Source: a virus
Taxonomy: Duplodnaviria > Caudoviricetes
Direction: 5' to 3' (one strand)
DNA length: 64,000 nt
IMG/VR virus record: IMGVR_UViG_2808606549_000001
Coordinates: 1-64,000 of that record
The position numbers and the translations under genes were made by a program. Every line of letters starts with the position of its first letter. Position 1 is the first letter of the stretch. Positions 47,546-57,159 of this stretch are shown here, piece after piece. The notes under the pieces were generated by a model. The model worked only from the letters and a program-made list of their open reading frames with translations, had not been told where the DNA came from and ran no database searches.

Positions 47546-47746
47546 TCATCTACTTACGATAACAGAACAAGCCATAAATCCTCCGATAAATATCCATAGA
47601 GCGAAGAAGAATAACGCGATTACCTTTTCGAGTTTATTTGGTTCCGTAACAACTGATTTACCAAACATAAAAGAGAAAAGTAGAAATGCTAAAATTGCTA
47701 TAACTTCATTCAAAATACTAAATTTTATTCCTCCAATCAAATTCAC
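47546..47746 (-). CDS. Small membrane protein
   Basis: Two hydrophobic helices; bounded by repeat sites 47532 and 47736. Confidence 0.5.
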   Translation of the reverse strand: MNLIGGIKFSILNEVIAILAFLLFSFMFGKSVVTEPNKLEKVIALFFFALWIFIGGFMACSVIVSR

Positions 47747-48018
47747 TTTTCATTGTACTTGTCTAATTGCTTGAGTAGTTGATCTAACTTAGGATTATCT
47801 ATCATGCAGTCATTGCAATAACCTGCGTACATCAACAACTCTTTTTCTACTTCGGAGCGATTAATTTTACTGCGGTAATCTCGTATGGTCGTCATAAATG
47901 TTCTATTGAGGAATGTTTGCGTCTTTTGATACTCGCTAATAATTTCTTTTTGCAGATCAATTATGGCGTCTTTTTTTGAACTGTCCAAAGAATCACCCCA
48001 TTTCCCCATGAAAATCAC
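47743..48018 (-). CDS. Hypothetical protein
   Basis: Bounded by repeat sites 47736 and 48008. Confidence 0.5.
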   Translation of the reverse strand: MIFMGKWGDSLDSSKKDAIIDLQKEIISEYQKTQTFLNRTFMTTIRDYRSKINRSEVEKELLMYAGYCNDCMIDNPKLDQLLKQLDKYNEK

Positions 48019-48021
48019 ATT

Positions 48022-48369
48022 TCATTGGCACTTATTATGTATTTCATCTTGAATAGTCGGAGTAAAATTATTCGCCATCTGATGCTCATAAACTCCGAAC
48101 ATCATCCAATCAAGTGTATCTGCATAGCCGACAAATTCTAAGTCTTCTGCTTTTTCATAATACCCATTTACCATAATATCGTTTGAAACTATGTATTTTT
48201 TATTTTTCTTATTATAGACTGCCATCCATATTTCTTTTTGTAACTTTGACTCATTATTCTTCATACTTGAGAAAAAGAAAAATCCAGGAGTCGTTGATTC
48301 TTCTTTTTTAAATACTTTATAAACGCTCACGCCGCTAAGTTGCCTATAGATTTCCTCCGATTTCATCAT
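48022..48369 (-). CDS. Hypothetical protein
   Basis: SD GGAGG; stop lies in repeat site 48008. Confidence 0.6.
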   Translation of the reverse strand: MMKSEEIYRQLSGVSVYKVFKKEESTTPGFFFFSSMKNNESKLQKEIWMAVYNKKNKKYIVSNDIMVNGYYEKAEDLEFVGYADTLDWMMFGVYEHQMANNFTPTIQDEIHNKCQ

Positions 48370-48630
48370 CTTTTCTTTCCTCCTGTTGGAGTGTATTTTA
48401 TTATGTCACAATAAATCTTCCTGGTTATCTTCCATCTGATCTACTATTTGTCTAAGATCCTGCCTGTAGTCATTCACGTGTTTCACAATTCGATTGCGAA
48501 GTGTGCTGCTATTTAACTTTAGAGCCTTATTAATAATTTCAGAACAGAGTCCAATTTGGTTATAAACTTCATCAACGGTCAATTCGAATCACCTTCTATG
48601 ATATTAACTTGCTAATCATATCGATATGTA

Positions 48631-48924
48631 TTAAACGCATATTTCATTTACTTGATAATAATGCCTGAGTTTAAGTCGTTCACTTACCTTGTGCTCCGTT
48701 TTAACCTTTGCCATTCCGATAACTTCATTATTTTTAACAAATACAATGCGATTGTGATAATGGTAAAGCATTGTACCGTCCCGTTTAATTTTAATTCTTC
48801 GACCAAGATCAACACTTCGTTGAATTTTATAATCAAGCTCCTCGAAGGAATCACATTTAAGAGTGCTCAACGGACAATATTCTTTCCATAGTTCTCTTGC
48901 TCGTTCAGTGATATTAATTTTCAT
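48631..48924 (-). CDS. Hypothetical basic protein
   Basis: SD GAGGAG just downstream of repeat site 48945. Confidence 0.6.
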   Translation of the reverse strand: MKINITERARELWKEYCPLSTLKCDSFEELDYKIQRSVDLGRRIKIKRDGTMLYHYHNRIVFVKNNEVIGMAKVKTEHKVSERLKLRHYYQVNEICV

Positions 48925-48958
48925 GCTTCGTCTCCTCTTTTCTTATGAAATAGAAGTT

Positions 48959-49504
48959 TTATCGAAATAGTAAATTGTAAAGCACCTTTTCTCCATCAAT
49001 TATTTCAGCGTGTTCTTTGCTTATCTTTTCTTTCCAACTCTCAGCAAATTGCTTTGCCTCTGCTAAATCCTCAAAACCTCTGCCTAAAGCAGCACTATAC
49101 GAACCCTCATTCAACTTCTTTTGATAAAAGTTGTATTCAAATTCATCCTTATATTTTCTTCCGAAATAAAAAGGGTCTTTCCATGAAAAGCAAGGACTGT
49201 TCCCTTTCCAGGGGTCTGCCCACAATTCCACTGATAAGGGGATACCACAAGAAACACCTTTAATTATCACGCTATAGCGTCCCTGGTAAGTCTCACTTTT
49301 TTGTCTCGACGTACTTGCGTGTTCGCGAACTGTAACTCTAAAGAAATGCATTAAAGATTTAAATTGATGCGTCTCTCTCCAAACGAACGCTTTATAAATT
49401 GAGGGAGATTCAAATGCAGTATTCCAATAGTTATCGATTTCGTATATGTCATTTTCCTGAAACCAGTATGGTTTATTCTTAATTACCCATTCGTATTCGT
49501 TAAT
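48959..49504 (-). CDS. Hypothetical protein (frame open to an ATT at 49504)
   Basis: SD GAGGTG 6 nt before the ATT; 51 extra in-frame codons upstream of the ATG at 49351. Confidence 0.55.
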   Translation of the reverse strand: MNEYEWVIKNKPYWFQENDIYEIDNYWNTAFESPSIYKAFVWRETHQFKSLMHFFRVTVREHASTSRQKSETYQGRYSVIIKGVSCGIPLSVELWADPWKGNSPCFSWKDPFYFGRKYKDEFEYNFYQKKLNEGSYSAALGRGFEDLAEAKQFAESWKEKISKEHAEIIDGEKVLYNLLFR

Positions 49505-49515
49505 TTAAATCACCT

Positions 49516-49725
49516 CTAGACTTGATAATAGTTATCTAAGAGTTTTCCTGTGGCTGCTTCTTCAACATGTGATACCCAATCAAGAGTTCTGAGTAGGTGG
49601 TAATTTTTTTCGCCACATTTCAATCCAACAATGTCCGTATATTTCGATGTATACACGACTTCTCCGTACTTCTCTAATCGTTCTAAATTCTTGGCGTCTT
49701 TTAGCCTTAATAGAACACTTACCAT
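49516..49725 (-). CDS. Small protein, YlbG/DUF2129-like
   Basis: L...KYG.V.Y.SK...V.L...V..VE pattern. Confidence 0.45.
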   Translation of the reverse strand: MVSVLLRLKDAKNLERLEKYGEVVYTSKYTDIVGLKCGEKNYHLLRTLDWVSHVEEAATGKLLDNYYQV

Positions 49726-49950
49726 TATGTATCACCCCATGAAATCTGAGTTTCGTCTAATTATTGATATTTCTTTAGATAATAGTATTCATAAAGATCG
49801 ATTGCGTTAAAAACTGTTAACAGCCCTGCAAATGAAAACCAAAACCAAGGAGTAACCGTATTTTCAAAAATTAAACCAGAGATGGCGATTCCATATAAAA
49901 TGATATTGATGCCGATGGTGAAATAAATCTGGAACTTAACAGGTGGAACC

Positions 49951-50148
49951 TTAAGTCTTTTCAGTGTTCATCTTCTCCTCTTTACGTTTAATAATCGTGA
50001 TGACAAAATAAATAGCCCACATTATTGAACTGAAATACCATGCCCAAGGATCGGTCAGAAAAGGAATTTTAAATATCGCAAATGAAAGTGATATAAGCAT
50101 AAGACCTGCTGAATAAATCAGCGTCCAAATATATTCTCTTCGACTCAA
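49951..50148 (-). CDS. Small membrane protein
   Basis: Two transmembrane helices. Confidence 0.5.
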   Translation of the reverse strand: MSRREYIWTLIYSAGLMLISLSFAIFKIPFLTDPWAWYFSSIMWAIYFVITIIKRKEEKMNTEKT

Positions 50149-50185
50149 TGTTTCTTTGCTCCCAACGAAAGATTTTCAACGGATT

Positions 50186-50416
50186 CTAAACTCGGATTCC
50201 AACCAAATTAACTAATTTCCCTGTCTTTTTAACCTTAAACTTCTTTGGGGCCTCATCTTGGTATTTCAAAAGTTCTTCATACGTCTCTTCGGTAAATTTA
50301 TAAATCTGGCCCTCATACTTTACAGAATCATCAATCAGAAAGTTTGTAGCATGAGGAATATCTCCTTCCCATGTGAGGGCTGCAAGTGCATATGTCTCTT
50401 TTGAATACTTGGTCAT
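50186..50416 (-). CDS. Hypothetical protein
   Basis: ORF with SD, translationally coupled to its neighbour. Confidence 0.55.
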   Translation of the reverse strand: MTKYSKETYALAALTWEGDIPHATNFLIDDSVKYEGQIYKFTEETYEELLKYQDEAPKKFKVKKTGKLVNLVGIRV

Positions 50417-50607
50417 CTAATTGTCTCCATCAGTTTTGACTTTTTAACTTTATTGCGCTTCTCCCATCGACTCCGAGCAAGCATTAGATCATATGGCATG
50501 ACAACCGATTCAACACATTTGTTTACGTAATTATCATCAGGCTCAAGGCAATAATCCAAACGGTAGTCATATTGAATGTCTTCGATCCAACTTTTCATTT
50601 TTAACAC
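50413..50607 (-). CDS. Hypothetical protein
   Basis: ORF with SD GAGGTG. Confidence 0.5.
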   Translation of the reverse strand: MLKMKSWIEDIQYDYRLDYCLEPDDNYVNKCVESVVMPYDLMLARSRWEKRNKVKKSKLMETIR

Positions 50608-50617
50608 CTCATATGTA

Positions 50618-51181
50618 TTATTTTAATATAAGTGCTTTTTGTGCATTAGCACAATGAATGCATATGTAAGATTTTGAAGACTTAGACTTTTTACGACTGA
50701 AATCAACGCGAGGATAAACATCTTTGCAGCAATCACATTTCAATAAGAGTCTCCGTCTGCTATGAAGCATTTTGGTGTACTCAATTGCAATTTTATTCTC
50801 TGTCATGTCTTCAAAACCAAGCATCGATTGTCTGCTTAAATTGTGAGCCTTGTTGTCTGCGCTAGGAGTGTAAAGCAGTTGCACAGTTGGATTAAGTTTC
50901 AGTTCTGAGAAGATTTCACTAAGGAAGGGATCGTTTGAATATTTGTCAGGACGATTTATCTGCTCAATAGCATTCATACAATCAGTATACAATTTTACAT
51001 TTTTAATTTTCAATCTTCTGATTGTTCGAAATGCTTCGCGTAAACCTATGTATTCAGCTTCCATTGATGTCTTTGCTTCAACTGCGAAACGTGATTGATA
51101 AATTAACTGCTTACTTCGGAGGAGTTTAAAACCAACTCCTGCTGAATCCCGATATGATCCATCTACATATGCTTTGTACAT
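50618..51181 (-). CDS. Ribonuclease HI-like protein with C-terminal Zn finger
   Basis: YVDGS...EAEY...YTDC...N.AH.LS; CDCC...CIHC. Confidence 0.8.
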   Translation of the reverse strand: MYKAYVDGSYRDSAGVGFKLLRSKQLIYQSRFAVEAKTSMEAEYIGLREAFRTIRRLKIKNVKLYTDCMNAIEQINRPDKYSNDPFLSEIFSELKLNPTVQLLYTPSADNKAHNLSRQSMLGFEDMTENKIAIEYTKMLHSRRRLLLKCDCCKDVYPRVDFSRKKSKSSKSYICIHCANAQKALILK

Positions 51182-51241
51182 TCTCCACCTCCTTGGTATA
51201 AAAAGAAAGTCCATAAATCATTTGGTAAGATTTATAGACTG

Positions 51242-51270
51242 ATCGTATCACGAGTATTTTGTTTTTGCAA
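51242..51270 (-). promoter_or_regulatory. Sigma-A type promoter
   Basis: TTGCAA-N17-TACGAT with extended TG and an upstream A-tract. Confidence 0.55.
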
Positions 51271-51299
51271 GAACTTTTTTACATTATTTATTTTAAAAT

Positions 51300-52097
51300 T
51301 TAAATTGCTACAGGAGCTTTAATTCCAGGGTGAGAATCGTATCCATCAAGAATGAAATCACTTGGAGTGAAGGCAAACAAATCTTTCACAGTAGGGTTCA
51401 GATACATCTTAGGAAGTACTCTTGGTTCGCGTGATATTTGAAGTTTAACCTGTTCAATATGATTGGAGTAAATATGTACATCTCCACCACTATAAATAAG
51501 CTCCCCCACCTCTAGTCCGGTCACTTGGGCCATCATCATAGTTAGCAGAGCATAAGAAGCAATATTGAAAGGCAGCCCAAGGAACACGTCAGTGGATCTC
51601 ATTGTGAACATACAAGACAGTTTACCTTCAGACACATAGAATTGAAATACGAAATGACAAGGCGGCAGTTTCATCCGGTCGATCTCTGCCACGTTCCAGG
51701 CACTAACAAGGTGACGTCGAGAATCTGGATTAGTCTTAATCGATTGGATTACGTTGGCAATTTGATCGATAACTTTCCCCTCATTCGTTTCCCATGTTCG
51801 CCACTGTTTGCTGTAGATTGGGCCAAGTTCACCATCCTCATCAGCCCATTCGTCCCAAATGGTAACCCCGTATTTCTCTCTTAACTCATTGTTATTAGTC
51901 GAACCAGAGATGAACCACAATAATTCGCCAATAATTGATTTAATGTGAGTTCTTTTTGTTGTAACAAGCGGAAATCCTTCTTGTAAATTAAATCTAAGTT
52001 GTCTTCCGAAAACAGAAATTGTCCCAGTACCTGTTCTATCACCTTTTTGTATTCCATTTTCTAAAATATCATTAAGCAAATCGATATATTGTTTCAT
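51300..52097 (-). CDS. thyA: Thymidylate synthase
   Basis: [39 protein letters not shown]. Confidence 0.97.
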   Translation of the reverse strand: MKQYIDLLNDILENGIQKGDRTGTGTISVFGRQLRFNLQEGFPLVTTKRTHIKSIIGELLWFISGSTNNNELREKYGVTIWDEWADEDGELGPIYSKQWRTWETNEGKVIDQIANVIQSIKTNPDSRRHLVSAWNVAEIDRMKLPPCHFVFQFYVSEGKLSCMFTMRSTDVFLGLPFNIASYALLTMMMAQVTGLEVGELIYSGGDVHIYSNHIEQVKLQISREPRVLPKMYLNPTVKDLFAFTPSDFILDGYDSHPGIKAPVAI

Positions 52098-52155
52098 TTC
52101 TCCTCCTATTTATTTTGTGATATAATTCAATTAATTAATTTAAGGAGTGATGTAA

Positions 52156-52455
52156 TTGGTAAAAGCATTTGAAGAGAAGCATATTAATGAGTTTAAAGAC
52201 AAATTAAACTCATTCATTGCACACGAAGAGCAAGGAATTGCATTTGAAAAAGAAGTTAATCCAGAAGCAAACACTTTGGTTCGTTCCGTTACCATCGGAG
52301 TCTTTAAGAATATTCTCAATATGTATGAGGAACACTTTAACAATGCTCCCAAGGTAAATGTAAGTCCCACTCCACCACGCAATACTGGCGCTAGGAGACC
52401 TGGAAGACCGAGAGGCGCCAACAAAGAAGCCGCTGCTGCATCTGAGCAACAATAA
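52156..52455 (+). CDS. Counter-oriented small protein with AT-hook-like RPGRPRG tail
   Basis: Own extended -10 (TGATATAAT), SD AAGGAG and terminator 52459-52485. Confidence 0.7.
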   Translation: MVKAFEEKHINEFKDKLNSFIAHEEQGIAFEKEVNPEANTLVRSVTIGVFKNILNMYEEHFNNAPKVNVSPTPPRNTGARRPGRPRGANKEAAAASEQQ

Positions 52456-52514
52456 TTAGAGAGGGGATATTCTCCCCTCTTTTTTATTTATTGTCCAACC
52501 TTTTTAATTTGTCT

Positions 52515-52904
52515 TTAAATCTCTTCATGGATTAGCGTTTCAGGAGGTTGCCACCCATCTGGCTTGATAATCTTATTATCACCTTCACGGAAACGAGGTT
52601 TCCCATCCGACCAGAGCTTGCTTAAATTCGCATTATTTACGACATCAAAAATTGGATCTGGCTTTACTCCGTGTTCAACCAATGTCCCAATAGCGAAGTA
52701 GATTAAATCGATAAGTCCGTCTACTTCATCATAAAGAGTTTCAGCATCCTTATACTCATCTAATTCCTCTTGCATCCATTTAATACGTGAAGTTTTGCGT
52801 TCATCTGTGAGTCGAGTTGGTGTCTCTGGTGCAGGTTGACCAAATGCCAAATGGAACTCACGAACTTGATTAAAATAACGATTGTCTGTGTATTCTTTAG
52901 TCAA
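52515..52904 (-). CDS. All-alpha NTP pyrophosphatase (MazG-like dUTPase family)
   Basis: VREFH..F...EELDE...DGLID..YF..G...ANLSK...KIIKP.GW. Confidence 0.8.
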   Translation of the reverse strand: MTKEYTDNRYFNQVREFHLAFGQPAPETPTRLTDERKTSRIKWMQEELDEYKDAETLYDEVDGLIDLIYFAIGTLVEHGVKPDPIFDVVNNANLSKLWSDGKPRFREGDNKIIKPDGWQPPETLIHEEI

Positions 52905-52942
52905 CTAAATGCTCCTTTTATTGTAATTGCATTTTTAATATA

Positions 52943-55612
52943 TTATGCTTCACACGAAGAGCACAGTTTATCTTTACTGAATTGTTGCGCTGCGTTAGTG
53001 CTATGTTGGTAGTACAACGTTTTAATTTTATTTTCCCAGGCAAATAAATATAGTTCATTGATTTGCTTTGCAGGCATCTTTGGGTTAATCATTAGGTTTA
53101 ATGACTGACTTTGATCGATGAACAATTGTCGAGTAGATGCTTGATCCAAAATTACATATTGGTCAATTTCACTAAAAGTCTTGAATACTTCCTTTTCATT
53201 TTCGCTCAAGAAATCAAGATGCTGCACAGAACCGTCATTATCCCGAATGTTATTCCATACTTCTCGCGTGTCTTTACCATAGGAATTTAGGACTTCTTTT
53301 AGGTATGGATTTTGGATAGTAACCTTCATCTTAGCTAAGTCTTTTACGTAGCAGTTTGACCAGATGGGTTCAATACTTTGCGAGACCTGACCCAAGATAA
53401 AAGCAGATGAAGTTGTTGGAGCAATTGCGGTTAGTGTTGTGTTCCGACGACCATACCCCTTCAATACATCAGGTTCACCATATTGATTCGCCAATTCTTT
53501 AGACGCTTTAAGTGCTCTCGTTTGAATGAAACTGAAAATACGTGAGTTCAACTTTGAAGCATCCAGGCTTTCAAAGGGAATCATTTTAGACTGAAGGTAA
53601 GAATGCCAACCTAGTGTTCCCAATCCTAATGCTCGATTTTCTTTGGCAAATTTGTAGGCACGTTCCATGAAATAAAAAGCCTGCTTTTTATCTTTAGCTT
53701 TGGAGTCACGCATTTCTTCAAGTTTTTTGATAAATTCAGTCATAACAGCGTCAAGGAAAAACACCATTGTTTCAACTGCATCTGTTTCTTTCCACTCATC
53801 GTAATATAACAGATTCATTGAGGATAAGTTGCAGACGAAAGACCATTCTTCGTTGTTCGGCAACATGATTTCCGAACATTGTCCTGTAAGAATACCATTA
53901 AACATACCCATATGTCTTTTAGGTTCTGTGAAGCAATATGTATCACTCAAACCATCCAGTTCTTCAATGCTTTCAACTTGAATGAAATGACAGCATTCAC
54001 GATTCGGTTCTTTTACTTCCCATTTCAATCGATTGCATTTTAATCCTAGCTCACTCAACTTAAATAGTGAATTTCCATTAATAAGGATTCTGTAAGTTGT
54101 GGCCGCATTGTATTCCCCAAGTTCACCAGATCCATCATTTTTAGGTAATAGATTGATCCCTTCTTCTCTAGCAAGACTAACCTTGCTCATAACTCCTAAT
54201 GTCTGTAGCATCAATTGAACTTCTTTTAAGAAGTCTTTATTGATAGAAGCTGCCTGAATTGACTGTGAACCATCATTGTTTGTAACAGTTCCATCAGCGT
54301 CAAGATATCCAGAAAGCCAATTCAATCTGCTTTCAATGGAATATTCTGATGTCGGAACGAAATACTTTTGTTTAAGCATCTGTGTTCTTCCGACTACCCT
54401 ATTGTTTTGCGGTTCATGATTCCAATTTAATACTGACTTAATATGAGGCAATAAGTTAATTTTCTCATGATAAAGATAGATGATTTGTGAATTTTGATAC
54501 GAGCATCCATCTCCAGTGTAGAATCCATTATCGTAAGCATATTCTAATTCTTTACTTCCTTGAATCACAGGTAGACTGAATTTAATAAGTTTATCTCCGA
54601 CTTTTAAATCTTTAGCCTCAACTTCTTTGTATCGAGGAGGATTCGTTCTCTTCCCTGACTCAGTGCTTACAAGGATATAAAACTTATGATAAGGCGTACA
54701 GTCCAATTCATATCCGCTGTCTGTGATCACGCGAAGCAAGTTTTTATTTTCTCCCGTTTTAACTACCTGCACATCAGACCACTCTTCACCATTCCATACA
54801 TTGACCTTTTTATTAACCAACTCTTTGATTGATTTATACCCAATATCGGTCAACAGTTTTGTATTTGGAGCAACACACATGTTAGAATGATTAATTTTTA
54901 GTCCTTTATCTTTGTACACATCAACAGTGTTTTGGTTGACTGTATCCACAAAGAAAATATATGGATATCCAACTTCAGTTCTACGCTGAATGACTTTTGC
55001 CCAAACTCCTCGCTTTTTTGAATCTCCTGCAATCATTTCTTTCATCCACTGATCGGATACAGAAACTCCGTGTGTTAACTTTTGAATCGAAAAACCTTCA
55101 GTTCCGATTTGTAGAAACTCCTCAATATCAGGATGTTCAATTGGTAGGTAAGGTGAAAAGTGTCCTCTTCGAGTTGAACCTTGGCTAACCACATCCATAG
55201 CAGATTCAAACAAGTTCATAAAATGTACTGAACCAGATGACTCACCATTGTTATTAATCGATGCTCCACGATGACGTAGATCTCCAAAATAACCAGAGGT
55301 GCCACCGCCAAATTTACTCATCATCCCAACTTCTGATAATGTATGTAGAATTCCCGCCATATCATCTGACACATATGACCCAAAACAACTAATCGGCAAT
55401 CCTTTATCTGTTCCAAAATTTGCCCATACGGGAGTTGAAAGGGAATAGAATCCCTTTTCCATATAGCCATAGAATTTATCTGAAAATTCTTTAATTCCAA
55501 GAATTGATTCTGCGGTATCGGCAACTTCACGAATACGCTGCTCTGGTGTAACTCCTTCATTTAGATATCCTCGTGACAAGAAAATTCTACTATACTCATT
55601 TAACCATCTCAT
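52943..55612 (-). CDS. nrdA: Ribonucleotide reductase class I alpha subunit (no ATP cone) containing an intein
   Basis: STPVWAN, PISCF, GGGTS, SNM[C...Q]CSEI, APTTSS, QSQSLN, KTLYY, terminal CSSC. Confidence 0.95.
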   Translation of the reverse strand: MRWLNEYSRIFLSRGYLNEGVTPEQRIREVADTAESILGIKEFSDKFYGYMEKGFYSLSTPVWANFGTDKGLPISCFGSYVSDDMAGILHTLSEVGMMSKFGGGTSGYFGDLRHRGASINNNGESSGSVHFMNLFESAMDVVSQGSTRRGHFSPYLPIEHPDIEEFLQIGTEGFSIQKLTHGVSVSDQWMKEMIAGDSKKRGVWAKVIQRRTEVGYPYIFFVDTVNQNTVDVYKDKGLKINHSNMCVAPNTKLLTDIGYKSIKELVNKKVNVWNGEEWSDVQVVKTGENKNLLRVITDSGYELDCTPYHKFYILVSTESGKRTNPPRYKEVEAKDLKVGDKLIKFSLPVIQGSKELEYAYDNGFYTGDGCSYQNSQIIYLYHEKINLLPHIKSVLNWNHEPQNNRVVGRTQMLKQKYFVPTSEYSIESRLNWLSGYLDADGTVTNNDGSQSIQAASINKDFLKEVQLMLQTLGVMSKVSLAREEGINLLPKNDGSGELGEYNAATTYRILINGNSLFKLSELGLKCNRLKWEVKEPNRECCHFIQVESIEELDGLSDTYCFTEPKRHMGMFNGILTGQCSEIMLPNNEEWSFVCNLSSMNLLYYDEWKETDAVETMVFFLDAVMTEFIKKLEEMRDSKAKDKKQAFYFMERAYKFAKENRALGLGTLGWHSYLQSKMIPFESLDASKLNSRIFSFIQTRALKASKELANQYGEPDVLKGYGRRNTTLTAIAPTTSSAFILGQVSQSIEPIWSNCYVKDLAKMKVTIQNPYLKEVLNSYGKDTREVWNNIRDNDGSVQHLDFLSENEKEVFKTFSEIDQYVILDQASTRQLFIDQSQSLNLMINPKMPAKQINELYLFAWENKIKTLYYQHSTNAAQQFSKDKLCSSCEA
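53879..54877 (-). mobile_element. Intein (333 aa) with LAGLIDADG endonuclease, ending in Gln
   Basis: Starts CVAPNT; block B LDCTPYHKF; WLSGYLDADG; ends FNGILTGQ; the +1 residue is the catalytic Cys of NxCxE. Confidence 0.9.
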
Positions 55613-55637
55613 TAAATAATTTCCTCCGAATTCAATA

Positions 55638-56903
55638 TTAGAACAAGTCGTCTGCTGTAATGCTTTTCATTCGTTTACTGTAATTGACCGAACGCTTTAC
55701 GAAGAGATCTACGTGCTTCGTAGTAAGTAATTCGTCTTCGAACCAAGCGGTTGCTTCAATTGCAGTATCATCCACTTCAAATATTGGATCGTAACCAACA
55801 CTTCGGAGAGAATTATTCAGACGATTTTTAATAAATTCTTTAACTGTATGTTTAGGTAAGAAATCCAAGTCACCAGATTCGTAAATCCAATCAACAACAA
55901 TTTCCTCGGACTTATATGACTCTTTACATGCTTGAATTACCATGTTTTTTAATTTGTCATCAAACCACTCAGGATGTTCATTGCGAATCGTCTTAATTAG
56001 TTCTATTCCAAAAAGTCCGTGAAGCTGCTCCTCTTTAGATGTTGCCTCAATGACATTTGACATGCCTTTAAAGATATTTCTATGCTTGTTAAACGCCATG
56101 ATAATTAAAAATTGCGAGAATAGTGAAACATGTTCAATGAAAAGTGAGAATAAAAGGATAGACAAAGTGTAATCTCTATTATCCTCTGTTCGTGCGAGTG
56201 AGACGCCCTTAGTCAGATAATCTACACGCTGAAATAATTCAGGGATATTTTCTATCTTTTTAAACTCATCATTGAGTCCCAAGATTTCAAGCAGGTGTGA
56301 ATAGGCGTCATGATGTCGAACTTCGCTTTCTGCGAAAGTATATCCTACTGATCCGATTTCTGGCTTGGGGAGGCGACGATACAGATCACCCCAAAAAGAT
56401 TTAACTGCAACTTCTACTTGGGCGATTGCAAGCATCGCATTTTTAATCGCATTTCTTTCTGAGTCCGTTACATTTACTTTGAAATCTTGAATGTCCGAGG
56501 TATAGTTGAACTCAGTATGCAACCAATAAGAATGCTGAATTGCTTCTTTATACTGAGAAAGTTCTGGGTATTCGTATGGTTTTAAATTCAAACGATGTTT
56601 GAAAATATCGGGTCTTCTTTCTTGGTTTCTTTTTTCGCGGTAAATAATATATGCTTTCGCAGTAGACTTGTATTCCGAACTCAACAAAACCGTCTCCACT
56701 AAGTCTTGCACAGTCTCAACGGTAAGTTTATCATGATCGCTGTTTTCGATTAATTCTAAAACATCTTGAGTTAACTTCTCTGCTTCAGAAACGTCAAACT
56801 CTCCTGTTTGCCTTCCTGCTTTCGCAATGGCATTCGTAATTTTTTCCACATTAAAATTATCTTCTGTCCCATTACGTTTCGTTATTAGGTTTGGAAACCC
56901 CAT
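55638..56903 (-). CDS. nrdB: Ribonucleotide reductase beta subunit with N-terminal ATP cone (class Id-type)
   Basis: ITKRNG...FN.EKI..AI.KA...VE.VQD.VE..L...AKAYI.YR ATP cone; AQVEVAVK, ESEVRH..AY, IEHVSLF, EEQLH. Confidence 0.92.
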   Translation of the reverse strand: MGFPNLITKRNGTEDNFNVEKITNAIAKAGRQTGEFDVSEAEKLTQDVLELIENSDHDKLTVETVQDLVETVLLSSEYKSTAKAYIIYREKRNQERRPDIFKHRLNLKPYEYPELSQYKEAIQHSYWLHTEFNYTSDIQDFKVNVTDSERNAIKNAMLAIAQVEVAVKSFWGDLYRRLPKPEIGSVGYTFAESEVRHHDAYSHLLEILGLNDEFKKIENIPELFQRVDYLTKGVSLARTEDNRDYTLSILLFSLFIEHVSLFSQFLIIMAFNKHRNIFKGMSNVIEATSKEEQLHGLFGIELIKTIRNEHPEWFDDKLKNMVIQACKESYKSEEIVVDWIYESGDLDFLPKHTVKEFIKNRLNNSLRSVGYDPIFEVDDTAIEATAWFEDELLTTKHVDLFVKRSVNYSKRMKSITADDLF

Positions 56904-56952
56904 TTTCTTTTATGCGTCTCCTTGCATTTTTTATTTAAATGAAATGATTATT

Positions 56953-57159
56953 TTATTCGTTACGTGCAATGCCAGCATTTGCCCAAAAGACAGCAGTTTC
57001 AAGATTAGTTAGCGCCGTTGCCTTCTCTCGACTGTCAGGAACAAGCTCATCAATCGCCTTCGCAAATCCCTTTGCCAGGCTGCGTAGCGCTTCATACTTT
57101 TCTGGCTGCCCTTCCTTTGGTGAATGATAAATAAAATTGTTTTCAATAAATTGACTCAT
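56953..57159 (-). CDS. Acb2/Tad1-like helical-hairpin protein (candidate immune-signal sponge)
   Basis: F.YH.P...Q..KY..LR...SREKATALTNLETAVFWANAGIAR resembles the Tad1 C-terminal hairpin, recalled from memory. Confidence 0.65.
   Translation of the reverse strand: MSQFIENNFIYHSPKEGQPEKYEALRSLAKGFAKAIDELVPDSREKATALTNLETAVFWANAGIARNE

Noticed and set aside
50161-50186. Possible repeat copy (ACGAAAGATTTTCAAC)
   Set aside because: The spacer is too short for the 6-6-6 geometry, so it was not counted.
52490-52517. Possible premature stop or readthrough in the dUTPase-like gene (EEI*RQIKK)
   Set aside because: Only a short tail would be lost, and there is no other sign of stop-codon reassignment.
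52921-52940. Weak repeat-like sequence after nrdA (TTGTAA-TTGCAT-TTTAAT)
   Set aside because: Too many arm mismatches in AT-rich DNA to count.
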